Source of the DNA: an uncultured Verrucomicrobiae bacterium
GTDB lineage: Bacteria > Verrucomicrobiota > Verrucomicrobiia > Chthoniobacterales > JAFAMB01
Reading direction: 5' to 3'
DNA length: 64,000 bases
NCBI GenBank assembly: GCA_963813025.1
Contig: CAWEXO010000013.1
Location: 96,001 to 160,000 of the forward strand
In this document: one piece after another, positions 39,587 through 51,320 of the stretch
Position numbering within the stretch: the stretch's first letter is position 1
Layout of the letters: the number at the start of each line of letters is the position of its first letter
Notes under the pieces: generated by a model
Databases searched by the model: none
Seen by the model: the letters and a program-made list of their open reading frames with translations, nothing else
What the model was told of the DNA's origin: nothing
Position numbers and translations under genes: made by a program

Positions 39587-40798
39587 ATGAAGACCCTCCT
39601 GCTTACCAACGAGTATCCCCCTTTTATCTATGGAGGGGCGGGTGTCCACGTCGATTATTTAAGTCGTGAGCTAGCCAGAATAATGGATGTCGACGTGCGC
39701 GCTTTTGGTAGTCAGAAGATCGACGAACCTCAGCTGAGGGTCCGCGGCTATCCGCTCGATCCGGCGCGGTTCAAATCGCCGAAAAACCTTGCCTCAGTTT
39801 TCGGAGCGGTGCGCCGGTGTATCGACTTCAATACAGACGGAATCGATGCGGACGTTGTCCATTGCCATACCTGGTACACGCATTTCGGCGGAGTCCTGGC
39901 GAAGCTGAATTATGGCATACCCCTGGTAATCACGATTCATTCGCTCGAACCATTGCGGCCCTGGAAACGCGAGCAACTCGGTCACGGTTACGATTTCAGC
40001 ACCTGGATCGAGAGGACCGCCATTGAAATGGCCGATGCGGTCATCGCGGTTTCGCATGGCACCAAGGACGATGTGCTCCGGCTCTTCAACGTTCCCGCGG
40101 ACAGAATCAAAATTGTCTTCAATGGGATTGATCCGGATGAATACCGGCCCGTGAAAGAGGACGACGAACTCCGCAAAAATGGGGTAGATCCGAACCGGCC
40201 TTATGTGCTCTTTGTCGGCCGAATCGCTCGCCAGAAAGGGATCATCCATCTGGTGCGGGCCATTCAATATTTGGATCCGGGTTTTCCAGTGGTGCTTTGC
40301 GCGGGCGCTCCCGACACTCCCGAAATCGCGCAGGAAATGAAGGACGCTGTCGATGAAGCCAAAACAAAACGCGCCGACGTGATCTGGATTGAGCAAATGT
40401 TGCCTAAAGCGGCGATGATCCAGTTTTATTCGCATGCCGGAGTTTTTTGCTGTCCATCGATCTACGAGCCGTTTGGCATCATTAATCTTGAGGCAATGGC
40501 CTGCGAAACTTCTGTCGTGGCCAGCGCCGTAGGAGGGATCAAGGAAGTCGTGGTCGACGGTGAGACGGGGTTTCTTGTTCCCGTCGAACAAATGAAAGAT
40601 AGCCCGTTTGAGCCACTCGATCCGGATAAATTCTCCCGCGATCTTGCCGCCCGGCTAAACCAATTGATGGCCGATACCGCTTTGCGGGAACGGTTCGGAA
40701 AAGCCGGTCGCCAACGGGCCGTCGAGAAGTTCAGTTGGAGCAGGATTGCGTCCGAAACCAAAGAGCTTTATAGGCAGCTGATTGGCCAGAAGCGCTAA
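39587..40798 (+). CDS. glgA: Glycogen synthase-like GT4 (Corynebacterium-type GlgA/GlgM)
   Basis: EYPP..YGGAGVHV, HTWY, HSLEPLRPWKREQLG and YEPFGIINLEAMAC. Confidence 0.88.
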   Translation: MKTLLLTNEYPPFIYGGAGVHVDYLSRELARIMDVDVRAFGSQKIDEPQLRVRGYPLDPARFKSPKNLASVFGAVRRCIDFNTDGIDADVVHCHTWYTHFGGVLAKLNYGIPLVITIHSLEPLRPWKREQLGHGYDFSTWIERTAIEMADAVIAVSHGTKDDVLRLFNVPADRIKIVFNGIDPDEYRPVKEDDELRKNGVDPNRPYVLFVGRIARQKGIIHLVRAIQYLDPGFPVVLCAGAPDTPEIAQEMKDAVDEAKTKRADVIWIEQMLPKAAMIQFYSHAGVFCCPSIYEPFGIINLEAMACETSVVASAVGGIKEVVVDGETGFLVPVEQMKDSPFEPLDPDKFSRDLAARLNQLMADTALRERFGKAGRQRAVEKFSWSRIASETKELYRQLIGQKR

Positions 40799-41076
40799 GA
40801 CTAGGTTAGTGGCAGGTCTTGGAAATGCGCGCGACTCGTCGCCGCTTTCAGACCGCGCGGAGCGCGGCGTAAACCTGCCCGGAAGAAAGCTGGAGCCGCA
40901 TCAACGGCGCAGATTAGGTCGGAGCAGCGTCGCGCGGCACCCTCTTCATGGGAGAGCCGAACGCCACCGTGCGCGATTGCCAGCGGGCCCTTCCCAATTA
41001 CCTTCCGCCGCCGAAACCGCTTCATCCGCTCCTACCGCTCAAATGACTGAGACCTGTTCCATGCTAAACTGCCACC

Positions 41077-42198
41077 ATGTTTGTTGACCGGATCAAGATT
41101 CACGCGAAAGCGGGCGATGGCGGTGACGGCTGCGTGAGTTTCCGGCGAGAAAAATTTGTGCCGAAAGGCGGCCCCGATGGCGGCGACGGTGGGCGTGGAG
41201 GCGATATCTATCTCTTGCCGGACCTACATACCGACAATCTAGTCGATTTCTATTATCAGCCTTTGCTTCGATCCAAGCGGGGCGCGCACGGGATGGGTAA
41301 GAACATGTACGGCAAAGCTGGTAAAGACGCCGTGTATAAGGTCCCGGTCGGAACGGTGATTTATCGGATTCCGCAGCAGCCGATTCACCCGCCTGCCGCC
41401 GATGATACGGACTCCGAACCGCGAAAAGTTGCTCCGGTTCTGCCGGCAGATTGCGAGTTCGTGGCTGACTTGGTCAATCCGGGCGAGCCTTTTCTGCTCT
41501 GCCGGGGCGGCGAAGGAGGAAAGGGAAACACGCATTTCAAGAGTTCCCGAAACCGGGCGCCGCGCCAATTTACTGAGGGCGAACCAGCGGAAGAGGGACA
41601 CTTTCTGCTTGAGCTCCGGACGATTGCCGATGCCGGCTTGGTCGGGTATCCGAATGCCGGCAAGTCTACCCTGCTCACCCGCGTGTCGGCCGCCCGGCCG
41701 AAGATCGCTCCGTATCCTTTCACCACCTTGAACCCGACCATCGGTGTGGTGGAATTCGATGGGTTTGCCCGAGCGACCATCGCCGACATTCCAGGACTGA
41801 TTGAGGGAGCTCATCGGAATGTCGGTCTTGGGCATGAATTCCTGCGCCATATCGTTCGTTGTAAAGTCCTTTTATTTGTTCTTGATATGGCCGGCAGCGA
41901 TGGCCGTGATCCGCTCGAAGACCTCGGCTCGCTGCGACGCGAGCTGGATCTCTATGATCCTGCATTGGGGCGTCGACCCTGGATGATCGTTGCTAACAAA
42001 ATGGACCTGCCTGGTTCTGAAGAAAATCTGGCGATTTTGCGCAGACGTTTCTCCAATCGGCAGATCATTGCTATGTCAGCAGAAAAAGGTAACGGACTCG
42101 ATCTTTTCCGTGAAGCGCTCCGGACGCAGTTATTTGCGGGCCAACCTGATCATCTACATCGAATTCCAAAGGACTCTGGTATCCATTGTCTTCCGTGA
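41077..42198 (+). CDS. obgE: GTPase Obg
   Basis: GGPDGGDGGRGG, GYPNAGKST, YPFTTL, DIPG and NKMD. Confidence 0.96.
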   Translation: MFVDRIKIHAKAGDGGDGCVSFRREKFVPKGGPDGGDGGRGGDIYLLPDLHTDNLVDFYYQPLLRSKRGAHGMGKNMYGKAGKDAVYKVPVGTVIYRIPQQPIHPPAADDTDSEPRKVAPVLPADCEFVADLVNPGEPFLLCRGGEGGKGNTHFKSSRNRAPRQFTEGEPAEEGHFLLELRTIADAGLVGYPNAGKSTLLTRVSAARPKIAPYPFTTLNPTIGVVEFDGFARATIADIPGLIEGAHRNVGLGHEFLRHIVRCKVLLFVLDMAGSDGRDPLEDLGSLRRELDLYDPALGRRPWMIVANKMDLPGSEENLAILRRRFSNRQIIAMSAEKGNGLDLFREALRTQLFAGQPDHLHRIPKDSGIHCLP

Positions 42199-43343
42199 AG
42201 CCTTTGGTGGCCAGCTATTGCACGTTTTTCCTCAAACGCGAGATGCTCCACATTTACCGGCAGGTCAGTGGTCTGCGGCGCTGCGACACCTTCGTAATCA
42301 CGAAACATCGGCAAAACCCCGAAATTTATCCGTTTCCCGATCTGGAGATTCTCCCGCCGAAACGATTCAAGTTCTGGGAACGTGCCTACCGAAGATACCT
42401 AAGGCGCGAGCCGCCGCTGGTGTATCGAGGAGAATTTGAGAGCATGCGCCGTATTCTCATCCGGCGAGACCCGGACTTACTCCACGTCTATTTCGGAAAC
42501 ACCGGGGTCCATCTGCTTCCGTTGCTTGAGGCTTGGGATCGTCCGGTAGTAGTCTCCTTCCACGGGGTGGACGTGCAGACGCGGCCGAGAGAACGCAACT
42601 ATTTGTCGCGGCTGCAACGCCTCTTCCAGGTTGTGCGGCTTGCCTTGGTCCGCAGCAAGTCGCTCGGCGATCGCTTGATCGAGATTGGTTGTGATCCGAC
42701 CAAGATCCGCTTGAACCGAACCGGGATACCACTCGAAAACTTTCCTTATCAGGCGCGCCAACCGCCCGTGGACGGTCAGTGGTGTCTCGTTCAAGCCTCC
42801 CGGCTCATTGAAAAAAAAGGTTTGTTCACAACGTTGCGCGCCTTTGCCACCTTCCGGGACACTCATCCAAAGGCCAGACTCTTCTTTGCTGGAGAGGGTC
42901 CGCTGCGGTCCGGGCTGGAAACGCGTGTTCGGGAAATGGGTTTGACGCGGAACGTTTTCTTCACCGGCTTCCTTGCTCAACCGCAGCTGCGCGATTTGTT
43001 CAAGAGCGCCCACATCTTTGTTCATCCAAGCGAGACGACGGCGGATCAAAACCGCGAAGGCGTGCCAAACTCCATGTTGGAGGCGATGGCCACCGGCCTG
43101 CCGGTAGTGGCGACCCGCCACGGCGGCATTCCCGAAGCGGTCATTCACGGAACAAGCGGCCTTTTGGTGGCGGAGCGTGACGATACCGCGTTGGCTGCCG
43201 CCCTGCTGACGATGGCGGGCGACCTGAGCCGTTGGCGGGAAATGGGCGTAACCGCTTTCCGGGATGTTGCCGCCAATTTCAGCTGCCCGCGACAGGTTGC
43301 CAACCTTGAGGACTGCTACTTCGAAGCATTGCAGAAGACGTAG
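42186..43343 (+). CDS. Family 4 glycosyltransferase (WcaL-like)
   Basis: SFHGVD, RLIEKKG and EGVPNSMLEAMATGLPVV. TTG start uncertain. Confidence 0.88.
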   Translation: MSSVKPLVASYCTFFLKREMLHIYRQVSGLRRCDTFVITKHRQNPEIYPFPDLEILPPKRFKFWERAYRRYLRREPPLVYRGEFESMRRILIRRDPDLLHVYFGNTGVHLLPLLEAWDRPVVVSFHGVDVQTRPRERNYLSRLQRLFQVVRLALVRSKSLGDRLIEIGCDPTKIRLNRTGIPLENFPYQARQPPVDGQWCLVQASRLIEKKGLFTTLRAFATFRDTHPKARLFFAGEGPLRSGLETRVREMGLTRNVFFTGFLAQPQLRDLFKSAHIFVHPSETTADQNREGVPNSMLEAMATGLPVVATRHGGIPEAVIHGTSGLLVAERDDTALAAALLTMAGDLSRWREMGVTAFRDVAANFSCPRQVANLEDCYFEALQKT

Positions 43344-43399
43344 GAGCCTTTTTATTTTCGCCGACCGGCACGGGACTTTCCTTTACCGAGCTGCCCCGC

Positions 43400-43741
43400 T
43401 TAGCGGTTGGCGTCCGCAGGGGGATCCAGGCGAAAGATCGTCTCCCCTGGACGCATCAGATCCAGTTTATCGCGCGCAATCAATTCGATGTAACCGGGAT
43501 CATTCTGCAACAAGTTCAATTGTCGAGTTCGCCTATCGAGGAGCGATCGTTCCTGGTTAACTTGTTCGCGCAGGGATTGTAAGGCGAGTTGTTCTTTTTG
43601 CTGATCTCGCACCAAAGGAAGAAACCAGCAGGTGATCAGAATCAGCGCCGCCAGAAAGACCAGGAAGTAGAGAGCGCGATTGAGAAGCGAATGAAACCAA
43701 TCGTCGCGTGAATCATCAAACTCCTGGTAAACCGATCTCAC
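43400..43741 (-). CDS. Septum formation initiator (FtsB/DivIC family)
   Basis: TM helix plus coiled coil, IELIARDKL.L.RPGE. Lies downstream of eno. Confidence 0.85.
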   Translation of the reverse strand: MRSVYQEFDDSRDDWFHSLLNRALYFLVFLAALILITCWFLPLVRDQQKEQLALQSLREQVNQERSLLDRRTRQLNLLQNDPGYIELIARDKLDLMRPGETIFRLDPPADANR

Positions 43742-45028
<1,287 letters not shown>

Positions 45029-45031
45029 TCA

Positions 45032-46894
45032 CTATTGGTTCGAATGACCCGCTTCCTGCAGGCTCTGCTTTGCGTTGACGGGATAGGCCGAGATCGAAAC
45101 AACTTCGACTTCCTCGCTGCCGGTTTCATTTGGTAGCTCCACGAGTTCGCCAATCTTTTTGCCCAGAAGCGCCTGGCCGATCGCCGTCAGGTAGGAAACG
45201 ATGTGCTGCTCAGGGTTGCCGTCCCATGCTCCCAAAATACTGTAGACTTGGACCGAACCGGTTCGCCGGTTCCGGAGTTTGACTACGGTCCCAATCGACA
45301 CTTGCGAATCATCGACGTTCGCGAAATTAGTGCCCCGCGCGCGAGCAAGCATCTGCTCGAGCTCCGCTTTACGCCGCATCAGGACTGTTTGCATCTCCTT
45401 GGCCGCTTTAAACTCAAAATTCTCCCGAAGATCGCCGTAGGAGCGGGCAACGCCGATCTCGCGCGTATTTTCCGGGATCTTTTTGGAGACAAGGTCATCG
45501 TACTCAGCTTTCCTCTTTTCCAGACTCGCCCAGGAAACGATGAGCGCCTCGTCGCGCCGTTCGGAATCCCCGGTGAGCAGGAACTGCAGATCCGGATTGA
45601 CTTTGATCATTCGAGCCATGAGCGAGCGTTTGTTCAATTCCTCGAATGCGGGAGTGAGCATCATCCTCCGCATGAGGTCACGGCATTCACCCGGTGTCGC
45701 GGTGACCAATAGGTCGGAGATCAAATCACGATCGTCGATCAGCAAATCATGGACTTTCGAACTGCGGCGGACTTCACTGAACTGGTCGCGTTCGAGCGCG
45801 CTGAGGCATGCGGTAAGCAGCTCTGGCCCAAGCAAATCGGGGAACTGGGTGGCGCCTCGTTCCTTGCTCAGCCAGTAAAGAACGTCCGATGAGACCGAGT
45901 GCTCTTTGATTGTGCGATTCAACAGCTGATGCAGTTCTTCGGTCTTGCCGTGTTCGACCAGAACTTTGGCGATCTCGCCGACTGCGCGATAGTTCACTGA
46001 CTGGAGGAGATCGAGCAGCAGCGAATCCCAGCGATCGGGAAAAGCGCGAGGCACTTCGCTGAGGAGCCGGCGGTATTTGGTCGCGGCAATCTGACCGAGA
46101 ATCTTATCAAGCCGCCGTTCGTGCTCGCGCAACGCGGCAACAACAGAGTAATCAGCGTTGACCGAGGAGGGGTGCCGGGCGGCCAACTCCTCTTTCACGA
46201 TCAAAATCTCGAAGCTCTGGGCGGGGTGGAGTCGCAGATTGCGGGCGGCGACATTCTCGGCTTGAGTGACCAGAGTCTGGATCTGTTCCGGCGAGAAGCT
46301 GTCCTCGTTTTTCAAGACCTGTTCCAGCAGGACCTCTTGTTGCTTTAGTTGACGAGCTCCCTGGAAACGCTCGATCAATTCGTCGGCAAAGGAGACACTC
46401 TGGTCGCGGGCGATGATCGGCTCGGTCTTTTTGGCTGGAATACTGACCCGGCCACTTTTCCGCACTGTTTTGCGCGCATTCTCCCACCATTTTTTGAAAT
46501 CAGCCTCCGGAACGATATCGGGGGCCAGAGCCTTCTGGAGTTGATCTTGCGTCACCTTACCGCCGAAACTCTCAATCGCCTGCAAGACTAGTCCGGTCGG
46601 ATCAGTTCGCGCCAAGTCCCGCAACGCCTCGGGATGCTTTGCCTTGCGAACCAGAAAATGGTCCGGCGCAAGTGGTTGCACGGCCTCGGCGGCATAGGAA
46701 AGCTGCATGGAATGTTCTCTTTTTTCCTGAAAATCGATAACGATTTGGTTGAGCAGCAAATTCCAGCTCCGGACCTGACCGAACCCCCAGCTTTTGTGTA
46801 AAACGTAAGTCTCTGGCGACAGACTCTCGATCTGGGCGGCGGTTTTTGAGGTGATTTTACCGGAGTCGACCAGGTTCTGAAGTTCTGCGTCCAT
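45032..46894 (-). CDS. greA: Long GreA/GreB-family elongation factor with ~460-aa N-terminal extension
   Basis: C-terminal ARSYGDLRENFEF...VSIGT...ILG.W...SYL..IGQALLG. Confidence 0.88.
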   Translation of the reverse strand: MDAELQNLVDSGKITSKTAAQIESLSPETYVLHKSWGFGQVRSWNLLLNQIVIDFQEKREHSMQLSYAAEAVQPLAPDHFLVRKAKHPEALRDLARTDPTGLVLQAIESFGGKVTQDQLQKALAPDIVPEADFKKWWENARKTVRKSGRVSIPAKKTEPIIARDQSVSFADELIERFQGARQLKQQEVLLEQVLKNEDSFSPEQIQTLVTQAENVAARNLRLHPAQSFEILIVKEELAARHPSSVNADYSVVAALREHERRLDKILGQIAATKYRRLLSEVPRAFPDRWDSLLLDLLQSVNYRAVGEIAKVLVEHGKTEELHQLLNRTIKEHSVSSDVLYWLSKERGATQFPDLLGPELLTACLSALERDQFSEVRRSSKVHDLLIDDRDLISDLLVTATPGECRDLMRRMMLTPAFEELNKRSLMARMIKVNPDLQFLLTGDSERRDEALIVSWASLEKRKAEYDDLVSKKIPENTREIGVARSYGDLRENFEFKAAKEMQTVLMRRKAELEQMLARARGTNFANVDDSQVSIGTVVKLRNRRTGSVQVYSILGAWDGNPEQHIVSYLTAIGQALLGKKIGELVELPNETGSEEVEVVSISAYPVNAKQSLQEAGHSNQ

Positions 46895-47096
46895 AGGGAA
46901 GTTTGAACATAGAGAAGAGAGACGGTGTCGCCACCGAAAACTCCGGGCGGACCAAATTTGTTTCCGGGTTCCCGGCTGGCAAATCTCGGATCGGAGAATC
47001 CCCGACTCGGGACGCGGAACTCGCACCCGGAGAGCGCGGCGCGCCATTTCCGATTGACCCAAAAATATGGGCATCGTACCGTGCGCGGCTTTGAAA

Positions 47097-48155
47097 ATGG
47101 CGAACTTTCTTCTTTCCCGGAGTCGAATCACTGGTCTGATCGGGGTTGTTTTTCTTACATCGGGCGGCGCAATTTTGAGCGAGCCGGCTCAGGCCGATCC
47201 GATCAGCGAGCTCCGGTCGATCTCGGTGTTTAAGAATGCTGATTTGAATAGACTTGCTGCCGGCGAAGTTTTGGCGTCCCGCGGTCCGGCCATGAATTTC
47301 AGTCGTGGCCTGGCGGTGGAATCGGCTTTTGTCATTCGCGCTCCGGTGCAGCGGGCGGTGATGCTCCAGCAACAGTGGAATCCGACGCGCCATTCGGAAT
47401 TGCGAACCTACATACAACAAGATATCTCCGCGCGTCCGTCGCCGGCCGATTTTCAAAGATTGGCGAGCGCACCCTCGAGTGCTGCCGTGCGCGCCTTCGC
47501 CGAAGCGACCAGCCGTCTGCCGGGAGACATGTCCAAGCTTCAGCTCAGCGCGGCCGAGGCAAAGTCCTACAGCGGCGGTGCGGCAGGCGGCGGGGGCAGT
47601 ACGCCGGCATCAGTGGTCGCTTTCTGGTCGAGGATTTTAGCGGCGAGAGCCCAAGCATATCTTTCCGGTGGATTTGCCGCGCAACCTCCTTATGAGACAA
47701 GCAGCGGGACGATCCGGGTTTCCGATGACGCCACGCGGCTGCTGCGCGAAGATCCTGGGGTGCGATCACTGTTTGGTTCTTTCATCAGCAGCGCCGGGAT
47801 TGGCGATAGTCGAGGTTCTTTGTCACCGAGCATTTATTGGCAAATGTTCGATGCGGAAGGATTGGCGGCGGTGAACCTCGGGGCGTTTTATTCCAAACCG
47901 TCCGGAGACGCGATCCAAGCGGCTGATGTACAGTATTATTCAAGCGGCGGTTTCTACACGGCTCTGACGTTTTACCAATTCTGGCCGGTTACCATTGGTG
48001 GGCAAAGCGCCTCGCTGGTGTGGCGTTCTGACCTGATCTCGTCAGCTGGGCTGGATCTGCGCGGGGTCGAACGCATGGGGGCAGGCGCCGCAGCCATGCG
48101 CGAGGTGCAAAAGGGCGTAAAGGCATTTTTGAGAGACAACGGCCGGCCTAGATAA
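47097..48155 (+). CDS. Secreted hypothetical protein
   Basis: Signal-peptide-like N-terminus (…PAQA|DP). First gene of a same-strand four-gene run. Confidence 0.75.
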   Translation: MANFLLSRSRITGLIGVVFLTSGGAILSEPAQADPISELRSISVFKNADLNRLAAGEVLASRGPAMNFSRGLAVESAFVIRAPVQRAVMLQQQWNPTRHSELRTYIQQDISARPSPADFQRLASAPSSAAVRAFAEATSRLPGDMSKLQLSAAEAKSYSGGAAGGGGSTPASVVAFWSRILAARAQAYLSGGFAAQPPYETSSGTIRVSDDATRLLREDPGVRSLFGSFISSAGIGDSRGSLSPSIYWQMFDAEGLAAVNLGAFYSKPSGDAIQAADVQYYSSGGFYTALTFYQFWPVTIGGQSASLVWRSDLISSAGLDLRGVERMGAGAAAMREVQKGVKAFLRDNGRPR

Positions 48156-48171
48156 AATGGTTTGGTGATCA

Positions 48172-49134
48172 ATGAACCAGGCGATCAGAGGATGCGATTT
48201 TCGACCAGACGCCAGCCGCGGCCGATGGTTCCTCTGCGGATTCCTCGCCTTCCTGGTCACCGCGACGAGCACGGTGCACGGCGCCCCGGTTTTCGACACG
48301 ACGCCGAGCAATTCCAATTCGGCATCGGCTTTGTCTTGGGATGTTGAAGGAGACGCCTCTTTTGTCGGGTCCGGTGAAATCAATCGGGCCAGCCGCAGCT
48401 TTGGTGATATTTCAGAAATTGAAGCGTCCTTCGGCGCGATCTCCTCGTACCAGCTGACGGACAAATTTCTCCTTCGCCTTGGTGCTGAATGGGAGCGGTT
48501 TTCGTTTGATCCTGACCGCTCAGCGCCGGTCCCGGAAACTCTGGAAGATGTAAACCTGGTCTTGGGTGCTGATATTCAGGTCACGCCGGCTATCTTGATG
48601 CGGATCGACTTTCGCCCCGGTCTTTACGGTGAGTTTTCCCAGCTTTCGACCGGCAGCTTTTTTATGCCTATCCAGATTGGAGGCTCGTACTTTGTCAGTC
48701 CCCAGCTTTTGTTTGTTGCGGGCATCGGCATCAACTATGAGAACGATCTGCCGGTCTTTCCCGCGATCGGGGTGCGGTGGCAGGCAACCCCGAAATTTCT
48801 GGTCGACTTGGTTCTGCCCAAGCCGAGCCTCGATTACCAGCTCACCGACAAACTCACCGCTTTTCTCGGAGCGAATTTGCTTGGGGCGACGTTCCGGGTA
48901 GGAAACCGTTATGGTCGGGATACTGGCATCCGACAGATCGATCACGGCGTTCTCGAGTACACCGAAATTCGAGCGGGAGGAGGAGTAACATGGAAAGTCA
49001 ATCGTATCGTTAACTTCAGTGTAGAAGGCGGCTGCGTACCGTATCGAAGGTTCGATTTCAACAGAGCGGATTTCAAAATCCTGTCGACCGATATTGCTCC
49101 CTATATACAGATCGCCTTTTCGGCGAAGTTCTGA
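48172..49134 (+). CDS. Outer-membrane beta-barrel protein (DUF6268-like)
   Basis: Signal peptide, amphipathic beta strands, FPAIGVRW and a C-terminal F. Confidence 0.78.
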   Translation: MNQAIRGCDFRPDASRGRWFLCGFLAFLVTATSTVHGAPVFDTTPSNSNSASALSWDVEGDASFVGSGEINRASRSFGDISEIEASFGAISSYQLTDKFLLRLGAEWERFSFDPDRSAPVPETLEDVNLVLGADIQVTPAILMRIDFRPGLYGEFSQLSTGSFFMPIQIGGSYFVSPQLLFVAGIGINYENDLPVFPAIGVRWQATPKFLVDLVLPKPSLDYQLTDKLTAFLGANLLGATFRVGNRYGRDTGIRQIDHGVLEYTEIRAGGGVTWKVNRIVNFSVEGGCVPYRRFDFNRADFKILSTDIAPYIQIAFSAKF

Positions 49135-49164
49135 TGTCGTAGATTATCACGGCTTTTCCACGGC

Positions 49165-50130
49165 ATGACTGATCCGGCGATTTTGCTACACGATCTCTCC
49201 AAGACGTTCGGGAAAACTGTGGCCGTGGATCGGCTCTCGATGGCGATTGGGCAGGGAGAAATATTTGGTTTCCTCGGCGCGAATGGCGCCGGGAAGACGA
49301 CAACTATCCGGATGCTCTGCGGTTTGACGGCGGCGAGTCGAGGCAGTGGATCCATCTTCGGCCTCGATATTTTCAGGGATCGTTTTCGGATCCGCTCGCG
49401 GTTCGGTTACGTGCCGCAGCGCTTCAGCCTTTACCAGGACCTGACAGTGCTGGAAAACATGCGTTTTTTCGGGGGCGCGTATGGGGTGCCAGTGACCCGT
49501 CTCCGGGAACGGATCACCCATCTGATGGGTGAGTTTGACCTCACCTCCAAACGAGACGCTCGGGCCGGCAGCTTGTCGGGGGGATATAAACAGCTGTTGT
49601 CGATCGCCTGTTCACTCATTCATCAGCCTGCATTACTCTTTCTGGACGAACCGACCGCCGGTCTGGATCCGGTGCATCGCCAATACATTTGGGATCTGCT
49701 CTACGAATTGAGCCAGGACGGTGCCACGATCTTTGTGACGACGCACTACATGGATGAAGCCGAGCGCTGCACTGATGTGGGGTTTATCCAGGGCGGTCGG
49801 CTCCTCGCGAAAGGTTCTCCGCTGGATTTGAAAAACCGTCTGCATGGTAAGCTGCTCGAAGTGCACGTCGAGCCGGTGATGGAGGCGATCGCGGCGTTGC
49901 GCGCTGTTCCCGGCGTCTACGGGGTGGAGTTGCGGAGTGGGCGGCTCCGGCTGCAAGCACACAATCCGGAAGCATTGCTGGGTCAGTGGCTCGAGCACTG
50001 GCCATATGCGCATCTTTGCTGGATGGGCTATGCCTGGGTCGAGCCGGACATGGAGGATGTCTTCATGGCTTATTCTCTCGGAAATTACCAGGCGATTGGC
50101 GCGCCGGCGGAGCAAGGGGCCACACGATGA
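49165..50130 (+). CDS. ABC transporter ATP-binding protein (YbhF-like)
   Basis: GANGAGKTT, LSGG, LDEPT and THY. Confidence 0.93.
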   Translation: MTDPAILLHDLSKTFGKTVAVDRLSMAIGQGEIFGFLGANGAGKTTTIRMLCGLTAASRGSGSIFGLDIFRDRFRIRSRFGYVPQRFSLYQDLTVLENMRFFGGAYGVPVTRLRERITHLMGEFDLTSKRDARAGSLSGGYKQLLSIACSLIHQPALLFLDEPTAGLDPVHRQYIWDLLYELSQDGATIFVTTHYMDEAERCTDVGFIQGGRLLAKGSPLDLKNRLHGKLLEVHVEPVMEAIAALRAVPGVYGVELRSGRLRLQAHNPEALLGQWLEHWPYAHLCWMGYAWVEPDMEDVFMAYSLGNYQAIGAPAEQGATR

Positions 50131-51320
50131 AGTTTCGTCTGCGCTGGAGCGCGATTACCACGATAGCGTACAAGGAATTCATTCATGTCTGGCGGGACCG
50201 GCGGGTGTTGCTTTCGATTATCATTCTCCCGCCCTTTTTTACGTTGGTGTTTGGGCACGCTTTTGAGGATACCGGTCCGCACGACATTCCGGCGCTTTTG
50301 TACGATGCAGACAAGTCTAGCGACAGCCAGCAATTGATCGATTTGTTGCGCGCCAAAGGCATTTTCGTGTGGCGCGATTGGAATGGCCCGGAAAAAAATG
50401 GGCATGTCAACCTGCTAAAAAACAGGGCGAGCGTCGCGATCATTATTCCGAAAGGCTGGAGCAACGGTCTTCATAATGGAGATCCGATCCCGGTCCAAGT
50501 TGTCCTCGATGGCACGGACACGAATACTGCTCCGGAGATCCAGGGAACCATCCAGGAAGTACTCGGCGACTTCCAGATGAAGTCGCGGGAGAATATGATC
50601 GATACGCTGCCGGACGAGGTTTTCGAAATGGGTCGCAAGCTACCCGAGAGTGTTCGAAACGAGTTTGGATCCGCCATGACTCCATGGACTCTTCAAAGCA
50701 AGATTCTTTACAATCCAGAGAGGAAATTCATCGATTTCATCATGCCCGGGATTGTCGGCCTGATTCTGCAACTTCTGACGGTCACTCTGATCGCCAGCAC
50801 CATCACTCAGGAACGCGAGGTCGGAACATTGTCGCAGTTGATCGTAACACCCCTTCGACAGACGGAGATTGTGATCGGAAAGGTGCTTCCCTATCTCGTT
50901 ATTTCCTTGCTGCTGATCGCAGGTACGATTGTGCTCAGCCATTGGCATTTCGGCGTACGATTCCGGCAGCCGTTCACCCTGGCTTTGGTTTGCTTTCTCT
51001 TTCTGCTGTGCTCGCTCGGGCTGGGGCTGCTGATCTCGGCGTTTTCCAAAACACAGACACAAGCTATTCAGTTCTCGCTTTTTGTGCTCCTTCCGATTTT
51101 CCTGTTGTCTGGCGCGTTCGCTCCGCTCGATCAGTTGCCGCGCACAGTCCAACTCTTCGCTCAACTCTTTCCTTTAACGCATTTTTGCCGGGCCTTTCGC
51201 CTGACAAATCTCTATAATGCGCCGATTTCTTTCATTGTTGTTGATCTTGTGTTTCTGACATTTGGGGCGCTTGCCACAGGGGCCGCGGCGGCATTCTTGC
51301 TGCGCTCGGCGGATGACTAG
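50127..51320 (+). CDS. ABC-2 type permease (YbhS/R-like)
   Basis: KEF...RDRR, ILYNP, ITQERE.GT, GKVLPY and LSGAF.P. Confidence 0.92.
   Translation: MKFRLRWSAITTIAYKEFIHVWRDRRVLLSIIILPPFFTLVFGHAFEDTGPHDIPALLYDADKSSDSQQLIDLLRAKGIFVWRDWNGPEKNGHVNLLKNRASVAIIIPKGWSNGLHNGDPIPVQVVLDGTDTNTAPEIQGTIQEVLGDFQMKSRENMIDTLPDEVFEMGRKLPESVRNEFGSAMTPWTLQSKILYNPERKFIDFIMPGIVGLILQLLTVTLIASTITQEREVGTLSQLIVTPLRQTEIVIGKVLPYLVISLLLIAGTIVLSHWHFGVRFRQPFTLALVCFLFLLCSLGLGLLISAFSKTQTQAIQFSLFVLLPIFLLSGAFAPLDQLPRTVQLFAQLFPLTHFCRAFRLTNLYNAPISFIVVDLVFLTFGALATGAAAAFLLRSADD

Noticed and set aside
40800..41076. Possible riboswitch or small ORF upstream of obgE
   Set aside because: No recognisable aptamer motif. Only short GC hairpins and a decayed repeat arm are seen.
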